Assembly: GCA_964016885.1 (NCBI GenBank)
Contig: OZ024744.1
Location: 31,062,001-31,126,000 of the forward strand
Reading direction: 5' to 3'
From: Eledone cirrhosa
Lineage: Eukaryota
DNA length: 64,000 nucleotides
Numbering within the stretch: position 1 is the stretch's first letter; each line of letters opens with the position of its first letter. A program made the position numbers and the translations under genes. Below, one piece after another: positions 37,812 to 50,082 of the stretch. The notes below the pieces were generated by a model. The model worked only from the letters and a program-made list of their open reading frames with translations. It did not search any database and was not told where the DNA came from.

Positions 37812-40800
37812 ATCAATTGAGAGTTGGCTGTTTGAACGCGCGTGGCCTGAGCTCAGCTTGGAAGCAAGCAAAGCTTCTAAGTGACCTCAGGTCACAAAGT
37901 ATAGATGTGATGGTTGTTTGCGAGAGTCGGATCAGCAGCGTGAGACAGCTGGCGCCCGCCTTCGATGACTTTGAGATGCACGCATCTCTCTGTCAACCCG
38001 GAGGCGGGGGGGGAGTTGCCGTACTGCTGGATAAACGTCTGACTCTCGACGTACAGATTGTTCACTCGGACCCGGGGGGTCGATTACTGGTGCTGGACGT
38101 CGGAGGTGGTGAAGGCGGGGCTTTCAGACTGGTCGGTCTTTATGCTCCCTTCGGGGCGGAGAGAGCCGACTTCTTCCAACGTCTGGAGACTTTTCTAGGA
38201 ACGTCGCGTTCCCTGCTTTTAGTGGGGGACTGGAATGGAATCCTAGATGCGCGTTGGGACTATGCAGGGGCATGTCCCGATAGAGGGGGGTGTAGCAGCC
38301 TCAAGGGGTTACTCGATCGATTCGACCTGGTCGATAGATTTCGACTAGATTGTCCAACTGCGCCAACCTGGACCTGGGCAAACCGCAGTGGACAATCTAG
38401 ATCGTACCTAGATAGGTTTTTGGTTAGGAGTAAGGATAGGGACGTATTTAGTTGTCCAGAACTGATCATGGTTGGCTATTCAGATCACAAATTAGTGACC
38501 TGCGTGGTCAACCTTGATAGAACGCATAGACAGGGTCCCGGTTACTGGAAGATGAACTTGTCCTTACCGACAAAGAAAGATTACAGAAACCGGATTAGTA
38601 GCTTAGTTAAGATGCGGTTGACGGGAGCGATCGTCAACAGTAGGTGGTGGATATCTCTAAAGAGAGAGATTAGAGTAAGTTCGATAGGTTACAGTAAGGA
38701 ACTAGCGGCGAATAGAAATAGGAGGGAAAGGGAGTTAACAGATAAACTAGAAGAGGCGATTAGGAGCGGAGACGTAGCCAGAGTGTTAGCGACGAGAACG
38801 GCATTGAGCCAGTTCTTTGACGCGAAGCACGAAGGCTGCGTTGTCCGAAGTAAAATACGTGCTTTAGGAAACGAGGGGACCAAAGCTGTTAGCTGGGCCC
38901 GCGTGACAGAAGCCAAGAGTGGGATTAAATCCACCATTCGGTCTTTGCGAGACCAGGATGGACGGGTGATCCTTGAACCTGAGCGAATGTGCGAGACCTT
39001 TCAAAGGCACTTTGCTCGACTGTTCGGAGGGGGCGGGGGGCCGGACGGGGATGTGGACTTCGGTCCATACCTCGACGGTCTACCGCGTCTTTCGAGCGGC
39101 GAAGCGGAGTGCTGCGAAGGGCCAATCACAGCCACTGAAATCGGGGAAGCGCTCAGCCAATGCAGCAGACGCAAATCCCCGGGTCTCGATGGTCTACCAT
39201 ACGAACTTTATTTAGCTATGCCGGTCTTGTTCTCCGAACTCCTCGAGGCTGTCTATTGCAACTGGCAACAGAACGGGAGAATTCCCTGTTCTGTGACCAA
39301 GGGCGTGGTCACGCTAGTGAGGAAGGACGAGAGCAAGGGGGACGACTTAAGTAACTTTAGGCCCATAACTCTGCTGAATGCAGAGTTACAGATTTTGGCC
39401 AAGGTGTTGGCGAAGAGGTTGGCGCTTGTGGTGGGTGGTTTGGTGGGAGACGCGCAGACATGCGCTATCCCGTCCAGGTCCATTCACGACAACCTCCACC
39501 TCATGCGATACATCATAGAGAGGGTTGGCTACGAACCCGGCTTTGGTGGGGCCCTGATCAACTTGGATCAATCTAAGGCGTTCGATAGGGTCGACCATGG
39601 TTACCTGGATGCGGTGCTAGCGGCGGCGGGCTTCGGACCCGTTTTCAGGGGCTGGATTTCTGCCATGCACAGTGGCAACATCTACTCTAGGATTAAAGTA
39701 AACGGCTACCTCTCGGAGCCGTTTCAAATCACCCGATCCATCAGACAGGGGTGCCCCCTCTCCTCCCTTCTGTACGTATTGACTCTCGAGCCACTGCTGC
39801 GGAAGTTGGAGTTGCTGCGGGGCATACCCCTGGAACCGGGATTGCACAAAGCGGTCTCGGCCTATGCCGACGACGTAACAGTAATGGTGGCGGACGCCTC
39901 GGAAATCGGGGCGATCGCCACCCTACTGGAGGAATACGAAAGGCTGACGGGGGCTAAGCTGAACCAGGACAAGTCAGTCGGTTTGCAACTCGGAACGTGG
40001 AGGGGCAAACCGATGCCGTTAGACGGTGTCGTCGGGCGGTGGACGGAGGGCCCGGTGAAGCTGCTCGGGGTCTGGTTCGGACCGGACCTCCAGGTGGAGA
40101 AGAATTGGGGCGAGGTGACGAGCAGGGTGTTTGCGCTGACCCAGAAGTGGGCCAAGTGCAAACTATCACTGAAAGGTCGGGCGGAGGTGACGAACGCTTA
40201 CATAGCGTCCGTCATCTACTACCGCCTGACCGTCGTGCCTTGCCCCAAGGAAAAGCTCACCATCATGGAACGCATGCTCTTCCAGTTCCTCTGGAAGAAG
40301 CGGCCTCCCATGGTGAGGAGATCCATCTGCTGCCAGCACCCTTCGAAAGGAGGGCTGGGTATGCCGTGGCTGTTGATGCGTAGGCACGCATTGAGGCTAC
40401 GGCATCTACAGGTATTCCTCAACGGTCAGCCGGTGTGGGCCCCGTTTGTGAGGCGAGCCTTCCCACAGCTCGTCTCGCTCACCGAACTGCAATCCTGGGT
40501 GAAGCAAAGACCGAGAAAACTGGGCAACTGGCACACTGAGTGTGCCCAGGCGCTCACGGCTATCTGGCAAGCGGACCCGACTGTCAGTGGAGAATCCACC
40601 TCGACATTCTATAGAGGGTTGGTGGCTAGCAGGGGCGACGACACCCTTGGAGAGTCGCTAGGCATGGAGGAGGACGAACTGGCCAGCCTGTTCGGTAGAA
40701 CTTTCGGCCCGGGACCCATGGACAACTTCCAGAGGTCCCTAGCCTGGCAGTGTTACCGGGGGGCTCTGCCCGTTCGAGAAAAGCTCTACAGACACGGGCG

Positions 40801-41245
40801 CCCGGGCAGGGATCCCGCGAAAAAGATCTGTCCGAGATGCGTGCGCGACGAGGAAACCGTTGCGCATGCACTGGTACACTGCCCGGGCGTTGCCGATCTG
40901 TGGGGCTACGTCGAACGACTGCTGTCGCGTGTGGCGCCGATTCGATTAACCGCCGAGTCTGTGGTGAACATCAAGCCGCCTCCTCCCTTCAGAAATGAAG
41001 CAGAGGCGGTCTTTCTGTGCGTAATAGCCATGATGAAAGAGGTTGTGTGGTGGACGCGCCTGAAAGGTCTGAGATCGGGTGACTTTCTCTCCGGCCATCA
41101 CCTGGTTTACTTCTTCCGATACCACTTCGGAAGAAGAATCAGGATGGAGAGAGAAGTGCTTGGTCCCAGACAGTTTTATGAAAGGTGGGTGAAAGAAGCG
41201 AGAATGGCCCGTGTGAATGGGCCTTCTCTCTACATTGTTCTGTAG
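37808..41245 (+). CDS. Tx1 ORF2: AP endonuclease, reverse transcriptase and C-terminal zinc finger; non-AUG start
   Basis: LNARGL, VCES, GDWN, SYLDR, SDH; PGLDGL, FRPITLLN, DQSKAFDRV, QGCPLS, YADD, LLGV; CPRC..H...HC. ATA at 37808 aligns with the ATG of sister subfamilies. Confidence 0.93.
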   Translation: MDQLRVGCLNARGLSSAWKQAKLLSDLRSQSIDVMVVCESRISSVRQLAPAFDDFEMHASLCQPGGGGGVAVLLDKRLTLDVQIVHSDPGGRLLVLDVGGGEGGAFRLVGLYAPFGAERADFFQRLETFLGTSRSLLLVGDWNGILDARWDYAGACPDRGGCSSLKGLLDRFDLVDRFRLDCPTAPTWTWANRSGQSRSYLDRFLVRSKDRDVFSCPELIMVGYSDHKLVTCVVNLDRTHRQGPGYWKMNLSLPTKKDYRNRISSLVKMRLTGAIVNSRWWISLKREIRVSSIGYSKELAANRNRRERELTDKLEEAIRSGDVARVLATRTALSQFFDAKHEGCVVRSKIRALGNEGTKAVSWARVTEAKSGIKSTIRSLRDQDGRVILEPERMCETFQRHFARLFGGGGGPDGDVDFGPYLDGLPRLSSGEAECCEGPITATEIGEALSQCSRRKSPGLDGLPYELYLAMPVLFSELLEAVYCNWQQNGRIPCSVTKGVVTLVRKDESKGDDLSNFRPITLLNAELQILAKVLAKRLALVVGGLVGDAQTCAIPSRSIHDNLHLMRYIIERVGYEPGFGGALINLDQSKAFDRVDHGYLDAVLAAAGFGPVFRGWISAMHSGNIYSRIKVNGYLSEPFQITRSIRQGCPLSSLLYVLTLEPLLRKLELLRGIPLEPGLHKAVSAYADDVTVMVADASEIGAIATLLEEYERLTGAKLNQDKSVGLQLGTWRGKPMPLDGVVGRWTEGPVKLLGVWFGPDLQVEKNWGEVTSRVFALTQKWAKCKLSLKGRAEVTNAYIASVIYYRLTVVPCPKEKLTIMERMLFQFLWKKRPPMVRRSICCQHPSKGGLGMPWLLMRRHALRLRHLQVFLNGQPVWAPFVRRAFPQLVSLTELQSWVKQRPRKLGNWHTECAQALTAIWQADPTVSGESTSTFYRGLVASRGDDTLGESLGMEEDELASLFGRTFGPGPMDNFQRSLAWQCYRGALPVREKLYRHGRPGRDPAKKICPRCVRDEETVAHALVHCPGVADLWGYVERLLSRVAPIRLTAESVVNIKPPPPFRNEAEAVFLCVIAMMKEVVWWTRLKGLRSGDFLSGHHLVYFFRYHFGRRIRMEREVLGPRQFYERWVKEARMARVNGPSLYIVL

Positions 41246-41246
41246 G
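41222..41246 (+). promoter_or_regulatory. Putative 3' splice acceptor coinciding with the ORF2 stop codon
   Basis: ccttctctctacattgttctgTAG|G; all nine copies end ORF2 with TAG, and eight are followed by G. Confidence 0.65.
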
Positions 41247-41476
41247 TGAAGAAGTGAAGAGGAAAGGGGGAGCGCCTCCTCTCTGGGCTTCCCCCGCGAA
41301 AAGAGTTGCACACTTTTCGGGGGTATGTGCAATCCCCAACACGCCCCCTCCCTTTTGAGGACTTTTTATTGTTATATTATTATTGTTATTCCTTTTTTCT
41401 TTACTCGATTTATGTAAACTCCCCCACTGTGTAAATGTCCCCTTCTTTTGTGCCCTCGTGGCAAATAAATAGAAAT

Positions 41477-41540
<64 letters not shown>

Positions 41541-41560
41541 ATATCTATCTATCTATCTAT

Positions 41561-42019
41561 TGGACGCGTCTGAAAGGACTGAGGTCAGGCACCTTTCTCT
41601 CTGGCCAACAACTGGTCCGTTTCTTCCGATATCATTTCGGAAGAAGGATCAGGATGGAGAGAGAGGTGCTGCACCCCAGCCGTTTCTATGAAAGATGGGT
41701 GAAAGTGGCGAGAATGGCCTGTGTGAATGGGCCTTCACTCTACATCAGACTATAGGTGAGGAAGATGAAAGACCAAGGGAGCACCCCTTCTCTGTGCTCC
41801 TGAGGAGAAGGGTTGCACACTTTTTTCGGGGGTGTGTGCGACTCCCCAAGGCGCCTCCTCTCTATTGAGGATTTTGTTATAAATTTTATTTTTTGTTATA
41901 TCTTATTTTATTTTTATATTTTGTTATTGCCTCCTCCTTATTAAGGACGCCTTTTTGTGTAAACTCCCCCCTTTGTACTTGTCCCACTTTTGATGCCCTA
42001 GTGGCAAATAAAAGAAACA
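41561..42019 (+). mobile_element. Tx1 copy F, short 3' fragment (same subfamily as D)
   Basis: Matches about 35288-35740; (TATC)n at 41478-41560 and 42020-42111 flank it. Confidence 0.92.
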
Positions 42020-42111
<92 letters not shown>

Positions 42112-44632
42112 CAAGTGGCGAGATCGACACTAGACCAGTTCTTCAATGCGAAGCACGTAGGTTGTATTTTCAGAAGTAGAACACGTACTCTTTGAAACGA
42201 AGGACCGAAAACTGTTAGTTAGGCCCAAGTGGCAGAGTTCATTGGAAAACCGAGACAGACGCGTACTATTCGAATCTGTATAAATATCTGCGGCTTTCCA
42301 ACGGCACATTGCACAACTGTTCGGGAAGAGTGGTGTGTCGGGCGAGGTGACGGACTTCAGTTCGTACCTCGACGGACTACCGCGACTCTCGGATACGGAT
42401 GCGGAGATCTGTGAAAAGCCGATCTCAACTGGGAGAGACGCAAATCACGTGGTTTGCATTGTCTGCCTTATGAATTTTATGTTGGCATGACAGACTTGTT
42501 CCTATATGTCCCCGAAGCAGCCTACTACAACTAAAAGCAGAACGGGAGAATTCCCTGTTCTGTAAGCCGAGGCGTAGTAACCCTGATCAGAAAAGATGAG
42601 AAAAAAGGGAATATTATAAACAATTTTGGGCCCATAAGACTGCACGACATAGAGTTGAAGATTTTGGTCAAGGTGTTAGCGTGGAGGTTGGAGCTCGTCA
42701 CCACGAGCCTGGTAGGAGAAGCGCAAACATGTGAAATCCCAACCAGGTCTATACATGACCACTTCCACCTCATGCGATATATCATAAAGAGGGTGGGTGT
42801 AAACCTGGCTTCGGTGGGGCTCTGATCGATTTAGATTAATATAAAGCTTTTGATAGGATCCACTATCGTTACTTGGGAGCGGTGCTCACAGTGGCCGGTT
42901 TCGGTCCCGTCTTCAGAGGCTGGCTCACAGCCATACACACCAACATCTGCTCGACAGTCAAGGTGAATGGCTACCTATCGGAGCCATTCCAAATCATGCG
43001 TTCCATCTCTCAAGGATGCCGTCTCTCCTCCATTCTGTATGTGCTGACTCTCGAGCCACTATTGCGGAAGTTGGAGCTGTTGCAGGGCATCCCAGTGGAA
43101 CAAGGACTGGGAAATGCAGCGTCGGCTAATGCTTACGACGTGATCGTAATGGTGTCGAAAACCTCGGAAATCGGGGTGATCTGCAACTTACTACAGAAAT
43201 ACGAAACGTTGACAGGAGCAAAATTAAACCCGGACAAGTCTGTTGGTTTGCAACTCGTCACTTGGAGAGGCAAACCCATGCCATCCGACAGTATTGTTGG
43301 ACGCTGGACGTATAGACCGGTAAAATTTCTCGGGGTCAGTTTTGGTCAAAATCTCCAGGTGGAGAAAAACTGGAACGAGGTAACGGCAAAGAAATTTGCA
43401 CTCACCCAGAAGTGGGTTGAGTGCAAACTCCCCTTAAAAGGTCGAGCGGAGGTGGCGAACACTTACATAGCGTCCGTCATCTATTACCGCTTCAGGGTCG
43501 TGCCTTGTCCCCGCGATCACCTCACCAAAATGGAACGTCTTCTCTTGAAGTTCCTTTGGAAGAAACAGGCTCCGTTTGTGAGGAGATCCATCTGTTGCCA
43601 ACACCCTTCTAACAGGCCTGGGCATGCCATGTCTGAGGATGCATAAACACGCGCTGAGGCTACGTCATCTCCAGGTATTCATGACCTGTGAACCGGTGTG
43701 GTCGTCGTTCGTGAGATAAGATTTTACACAGCTAGTCTCGCTTTTGAGCTGCAGCCTTGGGTCAAGCGACGACTGAAAATGGGTGCCTGGCACCTAGAAT
43801 GAGCTCAGCTGCTCACAGTCCTCTACGGCAATCAATGGCAACTCCACGTTGATATTCTATAGGGGATTACTCAAAGCGACGACCAAGACAAACTGGCCAG
43901 TCTATTCCGAAGGAATTCTGATCCAGAGGCCTATGGATAACTTCCAGAGGTCACTGGCCTGGCAGTGCTACCGAGAAGCTCTACCAGTTCGAGACAAAAT
44001 CGACAGGCAAAATTCTTTAGGAAAATTGAAACCGTTCTGAACGCAATTTTTCATTGCCCAGGGGTGGCCGACCTGTGGAATTATGTCAAACAGCTACTGT
44101 CACATGTGGGACATACCCACGTGTGGGCAGCCGAGTCCATGGTGAAGATTACTCCGCCGCCTTCATTTAAAACCGAAGGAGAGACAGTTTTCTTCTGTTT
44201 GGTGGCTATGGCGAAAAAAGCGATATGGTGGGCTAGATTGAAAGGACTGAGGGCAAACACCCTCCTCTCCGGACAACAACACATCCTCTTCTTTAAATGC
44301 CACCTCAGATGAAATGTAAGAGTGGAGAGAGTGCTGCTACACCTCAGTAAATTTGCTGAAAGGTGGATGAATGTGGCGAAAATGGTCCGAGTGAAGGGGC
44401 CTCCTCTGTATATAAACCTGTAGGTTCAAGAAGACAAAAGAGAAGACGGCGGCATTACAAAAATCACTGTTGTAAAATCGTTGTTGTAAAATAATTCCGC
44501 ATTGAGGTTCCCCCCTATTGGGGACTTTTTATTTATCATCGTTAAATTTATTCACACGCTCCCACGTAAAACCCTCGCCGTCACGTCTTGTAATGCCCCA
44601 TTTCTTGTGCGCCCTTGAGGCAAATAAAGGAA
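42112..44632 (+). mobile_element. Tx1 copy G, older diverged 5'-truncated copy
   Basis: Decayed RT motifs, TAG at 44423, AATAAAGG then (TATC)n. Confidence 0.88.
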
Positions 44633-44698
44633 TCTATCTATCTATCTATCTATCTATCATTCTATCTATCTGAATTGCTATCCAACATATGCTTCGGT

Positions 44699-44936
<238 letters not shown>

Positions 44937-45219
44937 ACAAAGGTTGGAATTAAGAGTATTCCGCAGTTCGCTGTAATAATAATAATAGTATTAGCTCAAA
45001 GAAGAATAGAGAATTTTCTTCTGAGCTCAAATGCAAATATATTACACAAAGAGAAGTGTGTTACACAATGAGATATGTGTAAAGAATTATTACAAGTGAG
45101 TTTTACCGTTACTGTATAGAGAACAATATCTACAGGTTTAGCAATTAAATAGAAAAAAACTAAGTCAGAATCAAATCTCTGAATTAGAGTTTTAAATTGC
45201 TCAGGTGTGTGAGTGTGTC

Positions 45220-46742
45220 CTGAAATCATGGACGCTGTGAAAATTGAAGTAGTAGTAAAATCTTTTTTAAATTCTGGCATCAGTAATGCATTAGATGGTA
45301 CGGAAGATGACATTCTGTTTGAAGATAGTGACACTTCGGACAGTATTGACGACTGATGATTTTTCTGGTTTTGGAACTCTGGATGACTGCAGTCAGTTTT
45401 CAGAATTTGAAGAGTGAAATATTTTCCTTATACTCGTACGTTTAATATTTGCACACTTTTGAATCTTTTTCCATTGTAATTTAATTGTAACGTTTGTTTT
45501 GTCATGTCCGTGCGAACTTTTTACAAATGGTAATAACATGAGATATTTTCAGGATTTGAAGATTAAAATATGTTCTCTTATGTGTAATATTTCAACTGTG
45601 CAGATTTTAATCTCTGTTCTGTTTATATTTTGTTCTATTTGGGATGTGATGTCTGTGTGGTACTTCTATAAATGGTAGCAATAAGTAAAATATTTTCAGG
45701 ATTTTATGATTGAAATATTTTTTTATTGTATAGATTTTACTGTAATCTTTATTTTACTTTTATTGTTCTATTTAGAATGTGATGTTCATGTGGTGTTTTT
45801 ACAAAGTGTAACTGTGCAATAAAATGTTATTCCTTATTTCTCACAATCCTTTTTCTATTGTGGAGTTTAGTTTTTCCTTTGTCTGGGACAAAAAAAAAAA
45901 ATTACTGTATAAGTCTACTTCCAATAATACCAACATCTTAAAATACTGCACCAGCTGTAGCCCCGTCCACTTGCATGAACTGAGACACTATTGGCCAAGA
46001 ACCTTCCTGACGAAACACATAAAGATAAAAATCACTGCTGGACCGAACAGTTAATAGTCGAACTGGAGTATCGTATTGAAGGAGTGGATCCAGAGATTTC
46101 TGGTGGTGGGTGGGTCTGAGGTCTGATTCATTGCAATTGATCAATGAAATGACTGTAATATGTTCAGAGATACTGAAAAAGTTAATTTTTATACTGAACC
46201 CTTCAAGGGTTGTTTGGTGCTGGTACAAAAATATGCTTTTCATCATACATAATTAAACAAAACAGTCAAATTTGAAAAGTTCTCTGGTTTGTGGGCGTTG
46301 CATCCGCCCTATCCTCTCCTCTGAATCCATTCCTGTCGTAGTGTAGTTGCAGTATTACAGTGGGTACATAACGGTAGGCGGAAACTTTGAAAGTAAACTT
46401 ACCTTACCATGTCTCTGTCCTGATGGTCCCACAAAACAAATTGTTAAGGTAGGTGAGCACTGCCTTTTGTTATTTGGGGTCACAACGGGAGACAGTCATG
46501 GTTAGCCAACGTAAGGGATAGCGCAAATAAGCGTTAGACGAACAACCAAAATAAATGCTAGGAACATTTTAAGTGACGTGCTGGAGGTTACAGTGATCTT
46601 GTTTCATTGCATCTATAAAGGTAACAACACCTGGCGGGACCTTATCCTTATGTCCATTAATTTTTATTCAAATTTTTGGTTGTCAACATTAGGGTGCGTC
46701 TTCTAGGACGAAACGTCTTCGGGGCCGGGAAAAAATACGGTA
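45220..46742 (+). mobile_element. Tc1/mariner-superfamily (pogo/Tc2-like) DNA transposon 3' remnant
   Basis: WDAVKIEVVVKSFLNSGISNALDGTEDDILFEDSD-like C-terminus at 45225-45350; TIR-like end gggtgcgtctt...gaaaaaatacggTA at 46692-46742. The intervening sequence may include other insertions. Confidence 0.55.
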
Positions 46743-46821
46743 TATATATATATATTCTCCCGAATGAAATAGTTCTAGGCCTGTAGAACCCATTTCTATA
46801 TTAAATATATATATTTATATA

Positions 46822-47074
<253 letters not shown>

Positions 47075-47109
47075 TAGGAATAACCAAAGAGTGCTTAGAA
47101 ATACATTAT

Positions 47110-47168
47110 TTTATTACCTAACAGTGTTTCATCGATACCCTATGGCAGGAATCATCAGAGCCTATAAA
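47110..47168 (-). ncRNA. Possible minimal hammerhead in a PLE remnant
   Basis: UUUAUAGGCU-CUGAUGA-UUCCUGCCAUAGGGUAUCGAU-GAAA-CACUG-UU-AGGUAAUAAA; stems imperfect. Confidence 0.45.
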
Positions 47169-47806
47169 CAAGAGTATATCAATAGTTGCATGCTCCAACA
47201 AGCTGCGTCACCAGAACAAGGTTAAAGGACCAGCAGGGGGCCCGAGGCCAGCGCTATATAGAGAAAGACACAATACATGACGCACATACTGTCATAAAAT
47301 GTCATAAAAAATTACATGAAAATTTAAATCAAAAATTTATCATTTAAATGGTGCAATAGATTATAAGGAGATTGGGAGAGGGTAGCAAGGAATGAGTGAA
47401 GGTATTACTCAGCATGATCAAAAACAATAAAAAAAAATAATAAAAAAACAATTTAAAAAAACCCCCAAAAAATAAAAGAAAGCAAAGCATAGATACATCA
47501 AAGCACAAGCAATATATATATTACAAAAATATTGATCTTATTCAATTCAAGAACTCAACCTGCATTTTCCTCACAAAGTGAGGGAGTGTTTTTAGAATAA
47601 GGAAATACAAAGTTTAGATGATAAAGTCCTTTATTGATAAGTCCGTTATACATATTTCGAGGACGACAACTGGTTACGCAATACAGCGTAGAAGCTAGTG
47701 CATTGGTCTCTTCAGACAGCGTCTTACATAATAAAGTTACAATCAAGAAGGTAATCCAAAATTGAAGTGGCAAAGGGAACGGACAAACAGCAATGTTCGT
47801 TAATCG

Positions 47807-47863
<57 letters not shown>

Positions 47864-48204
47864 ATATAAACCCACTACTCATGTATATGTCAAATTTGTC
47901 AAAACTAATGCAAAATTGCGATGGGGCGAATAATCAGTAGTGACGGAGAGAATGATCATGTCTTATACGGATATATATATATATATCGTTTCTGAATTTG
48001 TTTAGCAAGATTCTTTATCTGAAAACTTGTGTTGAAACCGATATTGGTATACTTTGGGAGGGTCATGTTGCCAATAAGAAACACACGCACCAGTTCCTTT
48101 CACTCCAATTTATTATAAATTAAATTTATAAATTTAAGAATTTATAAATTTCCGGTTGGTTGGTTGGTTGGTTGGTTCCACAACCGGACGGTTGTTCATA
48201 TATT

Positions 48205-48247
48205 GTCAAAGTTCTTTCGTCACACATTCTGTGACCTCTTCAGTGAC
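48205..48247 (-). ncRNA. Minimal type I hammerhead ribozyme in the pLTR
   Basis: GUCA-CUGAAGA-G-GUCACA-GAAUG-UGUGAC-GAAA-GAAC-UU-UGAC. Confidence 0.75.
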
Positions 48248-50082
48248 TGGGATTATTTTCTTTGTTTTGTGCTTCTCCTTTGTTCTGTCCTACGCCATCT
48301 TGTTTCTGTGTGTGTTGTGTGCTTAGCTTGCGCATGTGTTACATCCGGGTGTCTGTGTGCGTTTTTATTTGTTTATTTATTTGTTTATTTACATGTTACT
48401 GGTTGGTTGTTTGTTCTATGTGTGTGTGTGTGTTTTCATTTTGTCCTTAATTGTAAGTTGTGATGTTGCTATTCCATTCATGTTTTCTATTTAATTTGGT
48501 TGGAGATCATTTATGTTTATTGCTTCTGTGATTTGTCTAAACATTGCGTCTTTTCTGTGTGTAGATTCTATTATTATTTCTATGTTCTCTAATTTACCCT
48601 TATGTTCTATTTTAGCATGTTGGTGGAGTACAGATGATTTCTTTCTATCTTGAAGCTCTCGCCAGTGTTCATTTATCCGTTCCCCTACACTACGAGCTGT
48701 CTCACCTATGTACACTATATTTTTGTCTCTACATTGTCCTTCAGTACATCTTATGCTATATACTACATTTCTAGTTTTACAGTTAATATGGGGGCTTAGT
48801 TTACATATTATGCATTTCTTATCTATGCAGGGAGGTCTTCGAAAAAGGTTTGTATTACTAATAAGGGTTTTTATGGAGGTACCTGGTCTTTCTACTATCT
48901 TAATATTAAGTTTATGTTTATCTAGTGCCCTTCTAAATTTGTAAGCTAATTCAACTCTAGGGGTTGTATTGATGAACATTGCACTCTGGTATTTATTGCT
49001 ATCATTCCATGAGTTTATTCTATTAACCTTATTCATAGTTCTCTCTATTCTATTCCAAAATTTGCTCCTATACAAGGGGCAATTCCCATTTGTATCATTA
49101 TTTACCATTTTTTCCCATTTGGTTCTGGTTCCTCTATATACTCTGATTTTATCTCTCTGGTTGTAACCAGAGAACTGCATACGGTGGATGAAGTGCTGTA
49201 TGTGTCTCTCTAGTTCTTTGGGGTTGCACATGCCGGACACGTTTCTCATCACCCGTACCAAATCCGCAATCAGTATGTTGATTTTTGTGTGATCCGAAAC
49301 AGCTGAGTTTAGGTGGATCAGATATGGAAGTCATGGGTTTGGCACAATGGGAATGGAGGATTTGTTTTTTGTTATTAATGGTTTCTAACCAGAGCTCTGT
49401 GTCTAGTACAGGTAATCGTTGGTTGGGTGTTTGCTTGGGTAGTCTATAGTAACTCTAATACTCTGATGGATGGAGTTAGCTATTTGCTGGTTGCTTTCCA
49501 TGGTGTTTTTCTCTAATTCCTGACTGTTCTCTAGTGGGGGTGTTTTTACTATGATGTTTATATCATCAACGTAGCGGGAGTACATTATCAGGGTTAAGAG
49601 GTTGATGTCTTCTAATTGTTCTTTAAGTTTAAGTTTAAGTTTATTGTCCCACCATACCATGAATAGGTTAGCTATGTCCCCTGCAATGCTAACACCAATG
49701 GCTCCTCCCTCCTCTTGGGCATATGTTTTTCCATTAAATTTGAACATATGTTCCTTAAGGGTTAGTTTTATACTAGCCCCCACCGCATGTGCAATCATTT
49801 TCTTTAGTTCATCGTGGTTTTCGTGGGTCCGTATGGCTCTGGTCCACCCGTTCCATCTTTCTGTGAGGGTTTTCTTGGCCATTAAGGACAAAATGAAAAC
49901 ACACACACACATAGAACAAACAACCAACCAGTAACATGTAAATAAACAAATAAATAAACAAATAAAAACGCACACAGATACCCGGATGTAACACATGCGC
50001 AAACTAATCACACAACACACACAAAAACAAGATGGCGTAGGACAGAACAATGGAGAAGCACAAAACAAAGAAAATAATCTCA

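Larger units (their letters stand above)
35773..41477 (+). mobile_element. Tx1 copy E, full length with open ORF1 and ORF2 (potentially active)
   Basis: About 200-nt 5' UTR, two uninterrupted ORFs, 3' UTR with AATAAA, flanked by (TATC)n. Confidence 0.96.
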
